NCBI GenBank assembly: GCA_040220875.1 | Contig: JAVJVX010000005.1 | Location: forward strand, 521,665 to 585,664 | From: Alphaproteobacteria bacterium | GTDB taxonomy: Bacteria; Pseudomonadota; Alphaproteobacteria; JAVJVX01 | DNA length: 64,000 nt | Reading direction: 5' to 3' | In this document: positions 49,139 through 57,766 of the stretch, in pieces | How the letters are laid out: each line of letters opens with the position of its first letter | Position numbering within the stretch: position 1 is the stretch's first letter | Made by a program: the position numbers and the translations under genes | Notes under the pieces: generated by a model | Told to the model about the DNA's origin: nothing | Seen by the model: only the letters and a program-made list of their open reading frames with translations | The model's database searches: none

Positions 49139-50404
49139 CTACCGGGCAGCGGGAAGGATTTCAATCTTGTCGATAAAGAGACCACGATTCGGACCCCGAA
49201 AATCATACCCCATGGCAAGCCTGCACCCGCCTGTATCCCCACATCGAAAATCGACAGACCATGTCGCCGGGCTCGATTTCCACAATCTTTCCGTCGTCTT
49301 GCTTTCCGTCGTCTCGAACTCCGCCCCGCGCTCTATGACGGCCGTATCGCTTTTCGCCCAAAACTTCAAATCCCCCTGACTCGCCCGGTAACTATGGATA
49401 TTAAGCCGGTAGAGGCGGTCGGGCGTCGGGTTTATGAACTCCCATTCAAGGCTGAACGTGTCCCTGTGTGTCCCGAGTGAGCGCCCCATCTCGCCGCTGA
49501 TGCCCATCTCCCGTCCATCCGAGGTCACGTCGGCAAACGCGCCGTCAATTTCGCCCAGGACGAGTCCGTCGGGATGCTCCGACAGATCGACCTGCGGGAA
49601 AAGTACCTTCATGTCGTCCCCGCGCCAGAACCCGTAGGTCCTGGCGTTGCGGATGTAGTCCACGGTGTAAACCTGCTTCATACGCTCATTGTTGTTGACG
49701 CGCCGACCACCTTCCCGATTTTCACTGATGTAGCGATCGATGGTCTTCTGGAAAACGACCATGTTTTCGTGAGCCGTCTCGGGATCCTGCTTGATCTCCT
49801 CCCAGGACATCACATGGTCACCCCGCATGAAGACGCCGGCATATGTGACGTCGAACATGTGCCATGCCCCGTCATAGTAAACCTGCGCAACACTGTGAGC
49901 GCCGAAATTCCTGTTGAAGTTGTAGATGTTGAAAACGCCGGCGGGAATGTTTGCGAACTTGAGCATTTCCACGAACATGCGTGTCTTGGCGCCGCACCGG
50001 CCAACCCGGTTGGAGAACCACGCCAGCGGGTCCCGACCGTAATCGCTGGCCCGGTCGTTGCGGATATTCGAGGATACCCATAATGCCAGACGCATGGTTT
50101 TTTCGGCATCCGTTGTGGCGCCATCCAGGATCCGCTCGACATTGGTCGCCATATCGGATGTGAGAAGCTCCGTCCGGAGCCTGGCGATCTGCTCCAGATT
50201 CCGCCTGTTGGCGGCCTGCAGTTCCTGCCTGAGTTCGGCAATCTCGCCCCGCCCGGGCTGCTTATCCCCAGCCCTGACCGACCGCTCGACTTGAGCGCTC
50301 AGGATCTCGTAGCCGGCAAGATACATCAGCGCCGAAGAGATCAGCGTCGCAATGACGAGGATAATGAGGACGCTTCCGATATTTTTGGGGTTCAGGTTAA
50401 ACAT
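49139..50404 (-). CDS. Membrane-anchored transglutaminase-like cysteine-protease-fold protein
   Basis: N-terminal TM helix. Cys-His-Asp candidates RCGAKTRMFVEML, GAHSVAQVY and WHMFDV. Confidence 0.55.
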   Translation of the reverse strand: MFNLNPKNIGSVLIILVIATLISSALMYLAGYEILSAQVERSVRAGDKQPGRGEIAELRQELQAANRRNLEQIARLRTELLTSDMATNVERILDGATTDAEKTMRLALWVSSNIRNDRASDYGRDPLAWFSNRVGRCGAKTRMFVEMLKFANIPAGVFNIYNFNRNFGAHSVAQVYYDGAWHMFDVTYAGVFMRGDHVMSWEEIKQDPETAHENMVVFQKTIDRYISENREGGRRVNNNERMKQVYTVDYIRNARTYGFWRGDDMKVLFPQVDLSEHPDGLVLGEIDGAFADVTSDGREMGISGEMGRSLGTHRDTFSLEWEFINPTPDRLYRLNIHSYRASQGDLKFWAKSDTAVIERGAEFETTESKTTERLWKSSPATWSVDFRCGDTGGCRLAMGYDFRGPNRGLFIDKIEILPAAR

Positions 50405-50430
50405 TCGTTTTTATCTGATCTTTCCCGGAT

Positions 50431-50991
50431 CTATTGAGCGGTGAGCGCGTCCATATCTAGGAGGTTCTTTTCAAGCACGAGGAGGCCCTCGTCACTTGTC
50501 CTGAACAGAAGCGATCCGTAGTACCTGAACGAATCGGGATCGGCCGTATCGTATTCATCGGCGCTGAAGATGGAAACGTAGTCGATCTCGACGCTGGTGA
50601 GGTCAGAGAAATACTCCTCGTTGCAGATATAACGAGTGCCCAGCATCTTCCCCGTGTCCACAAAGGCAGCGACACGGCTTTCGACGTCGCGATCGACCAG
50701 TTGATCCCATGCGGGCTGAACATCGAGGGCAATGTACAGGACCTCACCATCCTTCTCGGGTGTCACATCCCGGAAGTCGATGTGCAGCGCATCGGCGAGT
50801 TCCAGCGGAGCTTCGCACGCGATGCCGGGGGAATTCTTTTTGCCGCCCCCGGCAAGCGCCGCGCCCTGTCCGGCCAGCGACAGGGTCACCATCACCGCCA
50901 GCCCGAGCAGAGCGGTCCGGGATATCTGGAAGGTATTGCGGGCGGCGCAAAGAACGCCGGCGGGCCGAACGGCCTTGTTTGGCTTGTGAAC
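50431..50991 (-). CDS. Small secreted protein of unknown function
   Basis: Signal-like ALLGLAVMVTLSLAGQGAALA. The start is uncertain (GTG near 50991 or ATG near 50892). First gene of the minus-strand operon. Confidence 0.35.
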   Translation of the reverse strand, partial: VHKPNKAVRPAGVLCAARNTFQISRTALLGLAVMVTLSLAGQGAALAGGGKKNSPGIACEAPLELADALHIDFRDVTPEKDGEVLYIALDVQPAWDQLVDRDVESRVAAFVDTGKMLGTRYICNEEYFSDLTSVEIDYVSIFSADEYDTADPDSFRYYGSLLFRTSDEGLLVLEKNLLDMDALTAQ

Positions 50992-51375
50992 CACTTTCAA
51001 ACCTGCTCTATCGCGGCGCCTTTGCGCCTCTTGCGGCCGGGCCGGGTTTTCCGGAGTATAGCGGCCGCGTTCCACCACAATCCGCTTTTGCGGCGACAAT
51101 AGAGGGGAGGCGGTCGACCACGGTTTTGCCGCCACAAGCTATCAAATTACGCGTTGATCCATCAAGTTAGACTTTACCTCCGCATGAGGCGAAACGGCTG
51201 GATTGCCCGACAAAAATCGGGGGAAAGTCGAGAAGGCCCTTACCCCCCCTTGGGACCAGGCGCCTATTCTGGCATACCAGGATGGCCGCGGCGGGAAGCG
51301 GCCACGCGGCCGGCCTTCGGCCCGGCCGGATTGCCGCGATCTGGCTGTCTGGCTGTCTGGTGAGGAGAATTCGGA

Positions 51376-53379
51376 ATGCCATCTCGATTTTTGTGGCGGA
51401 TGAAACAGCGTTTCATCTCCCTCCCCATCCCGCGCACCGCGCTTCTGATTGCAACAGGCCTCGCGGCAATATTTCTCGTCCCCATGTTTTCCGTTTCGGC
51501 GGAATCCTACCGAAACACGCTCTCCTTCATCGATTCCGTCGATCCTTATCAAAAAGAGGGACTTGTCGAGATTTACGGCGGAGAGCTGCGCCTGCCCAAG
51601 GACGGGCCCGTCGGCATAAAATCCGCCCAGTTTCAGATACTCGATTCACACGCCCTCCTGGTCTGGAGCCAGGGCCGCTTTCCGGCCGACGGCGCGACAC
51701 ATCTGGAGCTGAGGTTTGAGCGCCCGGTCCCCGCGCGGCTCCCCTTCAGGGTCGGAATCGCGCTCAGGAACGGAGAGGTGCATACTTTTTATCCGAAGGA
51801 TCAATTCACTTTTCCGGATCCGAGTTCTGTCGGGCCCTATCTTCGCAACATCCCCGACGAGTTGATCGCGGGCCTGGAAAAACAGGGGGAGCCGACCAGC
51901 CTGGAGAAAATCGGGGAAGGCCTTTACCGCGCGCCCCTCGCCGATCTGCGCCTTGATTCCGCCGATCCCGGCACCGGGATCGACTATTTCTTCATCGAGT
52001 GGGTCGGCGCACAAGGCCAGACAGTTTCTATCCGGAATCTCGGCCTTGTGACTCTTTTGGACGAACCCGGACCGGATACGATCGACGTCAAAGGCCGGGT
52101 CATCGGAAATGCCGAGCCGGGAACGCCGGTGCGGATGCTGTCTGAAGCCGGCGAAACGAGATCGTCGGCCTTGGCGGCCGATATGGAATTTACTTTTGCG
52201 GATGTTCCCGCTGACAGCCGGGTTTCAATCTGGCTTCGCGAGGCGGAGACCGATTTCTTTGTCACCCATGGCCGCTGGATCGAGGCGGCGACCGCCCAGG
52301 GCCGGCTGGTTATCGATACCCGCCCCCGGATATCCCTCTCGCAAGAGGTCACGAATCCCGAAAAACCCAAGCCGCCGCCACGCGACCTGTCGCGCCCCAA
52401 TAGCAGCCTGTTCCCGAGAAAGAGCAAGTATTTTGGCCTGAGGGTCCCGCATTCGCGCCAGCTCTATACGGGCATCCCGGGGAAGGTCACGGAATTCCAC
52501 AACGTCACCTTCGCCAATAATTATGGATATTTTGACCGGGACAGGTTTTTCGACAATCCGGACGGCTGTTTCCGGGCCGTCGTGATGGGGCCGAGCACGA
52601 TCACCAACATCATGCACCGGACGACGGAGAAGTTTAATGTTCTGCTCGAGGCGGAGCTGGGCGTCCGACTGCAAAAATGTGCGGAAATCATCGCCGCCGG
52701 CCAGGGCGGCGCGCCACCCTCCAACCACTACCAGCGCATGGAAACCTATGTTCGCGCCTTCAAGCCGGATGTGGTTCTGATCGAGGTGGAGGTGGGGACG
52801 CTGACGTTTCTGCACCCGATCCTTCAGCAGAAGATATTGGGCGTCGATCCGGAGCATCCCCGATGGGGCGCCGTCTATTACGATGAGGGAGGCCGGCTCC
52901 AGTTCCGGCCCAGGGATGTGCGATATCGCCGCCACCTGACGCCCAGGGACATGTCTCCATTGAAGAGCGACGTCCTGCCCAACCAGGCGCTCCTGATACC
53001 GTACGATCGGATGCCGCCGGAAGGCCGGGAAACGTTTGCCATTTTTCGCGATTTTCTGGACAAGCTGAAGCGGGAAAACCCGGATATACGTTTTATCCTG
53101 TTTTCATTCCATGCCCAGATCCGGGCGGCGCAGGACCCCTCGACCGGCCGGCAGCCCCACGCGCTTGAAAACGGCGAGACAACAGAATTGGGATTCGAGA
53201 TTTTCGCCGAGAATGTCCGGCGCTTCTGCGAGGAGAATGATTTCGAGTGCATTGTCCCGCCCCTCCCCTCCGGCATCGAGGACGAGGATCGCTACCTCAC
53301 CTGGCGGTACGACAACCACCTGTCCTACCGGGGTCAGCAATGGCTGTCGCATATGCTGACGGACGCGCTCGCACCCTGA
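51376..53379 (+). CDS. Large exported protein with C-terminal SGNH-like (AlgX/AlgJ-type) domain
   Basis: N-terminal signal/TM. The C-terminal half has a block-I-like VVMGPSTITN (Ser retained, Asp replaced by Pro) and block V DNHLSYRGQQWLSHML. RBS GAGGAG. Confidence 0.5.
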   Translation: MPSRFLWRMKQRFISLPIPRTALLIATGLAAIFLVPMFSVSAESYRNTLSFIDSVDPYQKEGLVEIYGGELRLPKDGPVGIKSAQFQILDSHALLVWSQGRFPADGATHLELRFERPVPARLPFRVGIALRNGEVHTFYPKDQFTFPDPSSVGPYLRNIPDELIAGLEKQGEPTSLEKIGEGLYRAPLADLRLDSADPGTGIDYFFIEWVGAQGQTVSIRNLGLVTLLDEPGPDTIDVKGRVIGNAEPGTPVRMLSEAGETRSSALAADMEFTFADVPADSRVSIWLREAETDFFVTHGRWIEAATAQGRLVIDTRPRISLSQEVTNPEKPKPPPRDLSRPNSSLFPRKSKYFGLRVPHSRQLYTGIPGKVTEFHNVTFANNYGYFDRDRFFDNPDGCFRAVVMGPSTITNIMHRTTEKFNVLLEAELGVRLQKCAEIIAAGQGGAPPSNHYQRMETYVRAFKPDVVLIEVEVGTLTFLHPILQQKILGVDPEHPRWGAVYYDEGGRLQFRPRDVRYRRHLTPRDMSPLKSDVLPNQALLIPYDRMPPEGRETFAIFRDFLDKLKRENPDIRFILFSFHAQIRAAQDPSTGRQPHALENGETTELGFEIFAENVRRFCEENDFECIVPPLPSGIEDEDRYLTWRYDNHLSYRGQQWLSHMLTDALAP

Positions 53380-53428
53380 ACCATTGCAACTCCTGCCCTC
53401 CGGACTTCCCGGATAGAGAGATCTGGCC

Positions 53429-54922
53429 GTGACCAAGAAGGCTCTGTTTATCGCATTCCTGACACTCCTCACGATCGGGGGCGCCTATTTCGCGACCGTA
53501 ACCTGGTGGAGTCCGACCGGCGATCATGACGCAGAGCCGGCGGAAGCGAGCGTCCGGGGGGGGCGCCTCGTGGTGGATCCCGGCACGACGCTCCCCCTGA
53601 CCACCCTCTTCGATATTCCTCAAAGCATTCTCTCGCGGATCGAGACGATCGAGGTCAGGCGCGCCGCCGGAAGAGGCGGTCAGATCATCCAAGACAACGC
53701 GCCGGTCGCACAAAACAGGAAAGCCGTCTCGCTTTCCCGCGAGGACCTCCCCACCGTCAGCGTCCACATGGGAGATGGACATACCCAGATTTTCGCCCTG
53801 CGTTATGCCGCCGGCAACAGCTGGTCGAAATGGCACTCGGGTGCCCTGATCAACAAGGTGATCAGGGACGAGACGGAACGCGTCGACAGAATAAACGCGG
53901 AAATTCTGGAAATTCTGAGAGACGGCGAGGACCGCGATCACCTCGTCCAGGCCCTGCATGCGAAATGCCAGGCGTGGATGCCTCAATATGTCTCATTTCT
54001 GGAAGCCGCCTCGGAAGGCGGTTATGCCATGGTGCCGCTGGAGGCGTTCGAGGACTCCGGCACGGACGGCAATCTCCTCTACATGCGCCATGATATCCAT
54101 GTGCGCGACATCGCCGGCGGGGCCTGCATGATGGTCCTTGAAGGCCGGCGTGGCGTGAGCTCCAGCATGCATCTGCACTGGAATGCGGCGGCGCGGCAGG
54201 ACGCGGCCCGTGATGATTTCCTGCTTCTGAAGAAGCTTGAAGGTTTTGGACATCGCTGGGGCCTGCATCTGAGCCCGGCTGATTCCTATCTGTGGTTCAA
54301 GCACTGCCCCGACTACACGCAGCAGAATGACAGATGCCTGAGACCTTTTGTGGACAGGCTTGTCGGCTCCCGTGATTTCAAGGAGGCCGCCAGGAGCGAG
54401 TACTGGTACGAGCCGTTCCCCGGATACAGGGTTCTCAAGGACGCGGACCGCTTCGCGCCCGGCCTCGTACGTGACCTTGTTACCGGCGGCAGAAACCGCT
54501 TTGCCGACGCCCTCGCCAGCCTGCGCGAGGCCTTTTCGCCGGTCTCGTCCTGGTCGTCGCATGGCGGCATGACCCTGCAAAAACAGGCCCTGCGGATGCG
54601 GCGGGAGAAAGACACGCCAACACAACAGATCGGGGAATTCGTCGGGATGATCGGTCAGGGCCACACATTCCTTGGCCTCGAATGGGCGACAAAACACGGC
54701 GCCGGGATCGAGCCCTATCAGATGATGTCGCGATACGGGCTCGACTATCTGACCGACTCGATCACGACGCGTGTCAGCGGCGCCTGTTTCGAGGCGCGGC
54801 TCCGCGAGATCATGGCCAGGGGCGAGCCCTTCCACGTCCTGGTCCACCCCTATTTGTGGCTCTACGGACTGCCCGGGCAGGACCCGTCAGAACCCTGCGA
54901 GCGTATCGGCGCCACGTATTAG
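53429..54922 (+). CDS. Membrane-anchored hypothetical protein (497 aa)
   Basis: N-terminal TM helix LFIAFLTLLTIGGAYFATV. No confident motif. Probably co-transcribed with the AlgX-like gene. Confidence 0.4.
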   Translation: MTKKALFIAFLTLLTIGGAYFATVTWWSPTGDHDAEPAEASVRGGRLVVDPGTTLPLTTLFDIPQSILSRIETIEVRRAAGRGGQIIQDNAPVAQNRKAVSLSREDLPTVSVHMGDGHTQIFALRYAAGNSWSKWHSGALINKVIRDETERVDRINAEILEILRDGEDRDHLVQALHAKCQAWMPQYVSFLEAASEGGYAMVPLEAFEDSGTDGNLLYMRHDIHVRDIAGGACMMVLEGRRGVSSSMHLHWNAAARQDAARDDFLLLKKLEGFGHRWGLHLSPADSYLWFKHCPDYTQQNDRCLRPFVDRLVGSRDFKEAARSEYWYEPFPGYRVLKDADRFAPGLVRDLVTGGRNRFADALASLREAFSPVSSWSSHGGMTLQKQALRMRREKDTPTQQIGEFVGMIGQGHTFLGLEWATKHGAGIEPYQMMSRYGLDYLTDSITTRVSGACFEARLREIMARGEPFHVLVHPYLWLYGLPGQDPSEPCERIGATY

Positions 54923-55203
54923 GCGCCCGGACAGGAAACCCCTTGGCGATTTCGGTTGCCAAGGGAGAGAGAACGTGCGAGACAGGCGCCGTGCTCGCCG
55001 GGTGTAGGTGACGATCATTCGTCAACGGCGACCATTAACCGAGCAACCTTCCCCGCGTATTGATCGTTGCCTTGGACACCGCGCCCCGAACAGGCGGCGC
55101 ACCAAGCAGGCAGCTGACCTACGCCACGCTCCCTCCCTTAGAGAAAACCCCCGCTTGCGGCCGGCATGAGCCCGGCGCGCAACCAGAAATTGAGAGTATT
55201 CCT

Positions 55204-56565
55204 TTGAAAAAGTTCACCGAGCTCGGCCTTGCCGAGCCCCTCCTTCGCGCCATCACGGCAGAAGGCTATACCCGGCCAACGCCAATCCAGGCAGAGCTGA
55301 TCCCCGTGCTGCTCGCCGGGCGCGACGCCGTCGGCATCGCCCAGACCGGCACCGGCAAGACGGCGGCCTTTGTGCTGCCGTTACTGAACCGCCTTGCCGG
55401 CGATCGCCTGCCGCGCCTGCCAAAATCCTGCCGGGCCCTGATCCTGGCGCCGACCCGCGAGCTTGCGGCGCAAATCGCGGACAACATCCGCACCTACGGC
55501 CGACATGTTCGCCCGCAGGTCGCAGTCATCGTCGGCGGGACGCGGCCAGGCCCTCAGATTCGCAGCATGGCGCCTGGCGTCGATATCCTGGTCGCCACGC
55601 CGGGGCGGCTGCTCGACCACATGTCAAGCGGCGCTGTGCGCCTCGAAGGCGTGAGCACACTTATCCTCGATGAGGCGGACCAGATGCTTGACCTGGGGTT
55701 CCTGCCGGCGATCCGGCGGATCGTGGCCAGGGCACCGTCGAAAAGGCAGACCGTCCTCCTGTCGGCCACCATGCCCGGACCCATCCGGGCGCTTGCGAAC
55801 GACTTTCTCCGTGCGCCGGCGGAAATCTCCGTCACACCGGCCTCACGTCCGATCGAGCGCATCGAGCAGAAGGTAATTCACGTGCCGCATCCGGCGAAAC
55901 GCCGGGTGCTGGTGGAGGTGCTGAGGGACCGGGCTGTGGAGCGGGCCATCGTCTTCACCCGCACCAAGCGCGGGGCCGACCGCGTGACCCAACACCTGAT
56001 GAAGGCGGGGATCGACGCCGCCGCGATCCATGGGGACAAGAGCCAGGGCCAGCGCGAACGGGCGCTCGGCGCGTTCCGGAGCGGAAAGACCATTATCCTG
56101 GTAGCGACCGACATTGCGGCCCGCGGGATCGATGTCGACGACGTCTCGCACGTCGTCAACTACGAGCTGCCAAATGTTCCCGAGGCTTACGTCCATCGCA
56201 TCGGGCGCACGGCACGGGCGGGCAAGAATGGCGTGGCGGTGTCGTTGTGCGACGTCGGAGAACGTCCCTATCTCCGTGACATTGAGAAGCTGATCGGCCG
56301 CGCGATCGAGGTGTCGGGGGACATTCGTCCTGCGCCCGGCGATGAGGCGACCCCGCGCCTCCCGGGCCGGCAGCCGGAGAAGTCACGGCACAAGGAACAG
56401 CAGCACAAATCGCAACAGAAGAAGAAAAACGGGCAGCGGAACGCCGGCCGTGGTCGCGGCCGCAACAATCCGGGAGGTTCTTCGGGGGCCCCGGGCCGCC
56501 CCGCGCGGGCGCCTCAGTCGAACAGACGGCGGCGCGCGGGCTCGGGATCGAGCGCAGCCAGGTAA
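55204..56565 (+). CDS. DEAD-box ATP-dependent RNA helicase (RhlE-like) with Arg/Gly-rich C-terminal tail
   Basis: Q-motif GYTRPTPIQ, Walla A TGTGKT, DEAD, SAT, HRIGRTAR. The probable start is the TTG at 55204; upstream ORF residues are non-helicase. Confidence 0.85.
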   Translation: MKKFTELGLAEPLLRAITAEGYTRPTPIQAELIPVLLAGRDAVGIAQTGTGKTAAFVLPLLNRLAGDRLPRLPKSCRALILAPTRELAAQIADNIRTYGRHVRPQVAVIVGGTRPGPQIRSMAPGVDILVATPGRLLDHMSSGAVRLEGVSTLILDEADQMLDLGFLPAIRRIVARAPSKRQTVLLSATMPGPIRALANDFLRAPAEISVTPASRPIERIEQKVIHVPHPAKRRVLVEVLRDRAVERAIVFTRTKRGADRVTQHLMKAGIDAAAIHGDKSQGQRERALGAFRSGKTIILVATDIAARGIDVDDVSHVVNYELPNVPEAYVHRIGRTARAGKNGVAVSLCDVGERPYLRDIEKLIGRAIEVSGDIRPAPGDEATPRLPGRQPEKSRHKEQQHKSQQKKKNGQRNAGRGRGRNNPGGSSGAPGRPARAPQSNRRRRAGSGSSAAR

Positions 56566-56628
56566 GAGCGAAACCCCGCGCGCGACCGGCCGACCGGTCC
56601 GGTCACGACGCGTGGCGATACCCTTGCG

Positions 56629-56895
56629 TCAATGGAAGCCAGCGACGAAGGTTGTGGGCGTGAGGGTGGCGTGGACATCGTGCGGCCGAACCCAGCTTCC
56701 CGATAACCCGACCGGCTCGTGGCCGATCGCCAGGCCCTTCTCGACCGGATATTCGCCTTTCAGGATATGGACGTCGGTGCCGCAGATCGTAGTGGTGGTG
56801 ATGCGGATCAGCGCGTCGAGCGGTCCTACATCGGGCAGGGGTTTCTCGTCCAGCACGATACGGTTCGGCTCCACGAAGACAGCACATTTCATCAT
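56629..56895 (-). pseudogene. Truncated remnant of a Zn-dependent alcohol dehydrogenase (N-terminal GroES-like domain only)
   Basis: First about 65 aa match ADH_N (ICGTDVHILKGEYP…GHEPVG). The ORF then degenerates and ends about 60 nt from the convergent helicase stop. Confidence 0.55.
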
Positions 56896-56953
56896 CTGGG
56901 TCTTAGCCGCATCCTCCTAAGCAATATACACCGTCCACCAACCGACCGTTCTG

Positions 56954-57232
56954 CTACGGTCTATCGATCTTGTCGGATCCTGAGCCTGTTTCATCTGCCG
57001 GCGTAGCATGCATATCGTGGTCTCGAGGCCGGTTGGCAAGCCTGTCCAAGTAGCTCTCCAGGTCTTCGGCGGCGATCCGCCACTCCCGGCCGACGTTGAT
57101 GCCACGGAGATCGGCACCCTTGATCCAGGCGCAAACGGCTGATCCGCCGACCTTGAGTAGGTTGGCCACCTCTTTGACCGAGGGAAACTGGCGCGTCAGC
57201 ACATGAGGGTATACGAGTTCATCTAGACGCAT
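56954..57232 (-). mobile_element. Excisionase-family helix-turn-helix DNA-binding protein (Xis/AlpA-like)
   Basis: LTRQFPSVKEVANLLKVGGSAVCAWIKGADLRGINVGREWRIAAEDLESYL matches the excisionase-family HTH consensus. It is followed by an AT-rich patch at 57.24-57.52 kb. Confidence 0.65.
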
Positions 57233-57514
57233 TTGACGTTATAAGATGCGACTTCTGCGCTCTTTGATGCAGGCTCAAGGTCGTTCATGGATGGAGCAAT
57301 GAGGCAGATTGCACCACGGCGGCGGTTCCTGGCGCGCTGGGATTGATCGAGCGGCCTTTCGATTCACTTCATTCGAAATACTCGATATCGATCATGTGTT
57401 TTCACGAAGCCCCTCATCCATAGAGCGAGGGAAAAGGCTATGGTAACATTTCGCAATATGTAGGACCTGTTTGAGTGAATATTGCTTTCTGATCCAATGC
57501 ATTAAAGGGAGCAC

Positions 57515-57766
57515 TTGACCATGTCGGAAGATAGCGGGCGGCCCCTGACGGAAATGGGCCCTGAAAAATCGAGGGGGCCGCGGACTCTTCTGCAGTGGGT
57601 TTGCGCTCTTGTCGGGACCGCAGCTGCGGTGGTCATTCTGTGGGTGCTCGGATTGACCGTGTGGTCGGCCATGGCGCTGCTGTTCTTGATCGCATGCCCG
57701 CTCGTGGTGGTCTGGATTCTGGTGCTTCAACGGCGCCTGAAAACGCGATCGGGGAACGGGCCATGA
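57515..57766 (+). CDS. Small two-TM membrane protein translationally coupled to copA
   Basis: RBS AAGGGAG. Its stop overlaps the copA ATG (ATGA). 83 aa. Confidence 0.45.
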   Translation: MTMSEDSGRPLTEMGPEKSRGPRTLLQWVCALVGTAAAVVILWVLGLTVWSAMALLFLIACPLVVVWILVLQRRLKTRSGNGP

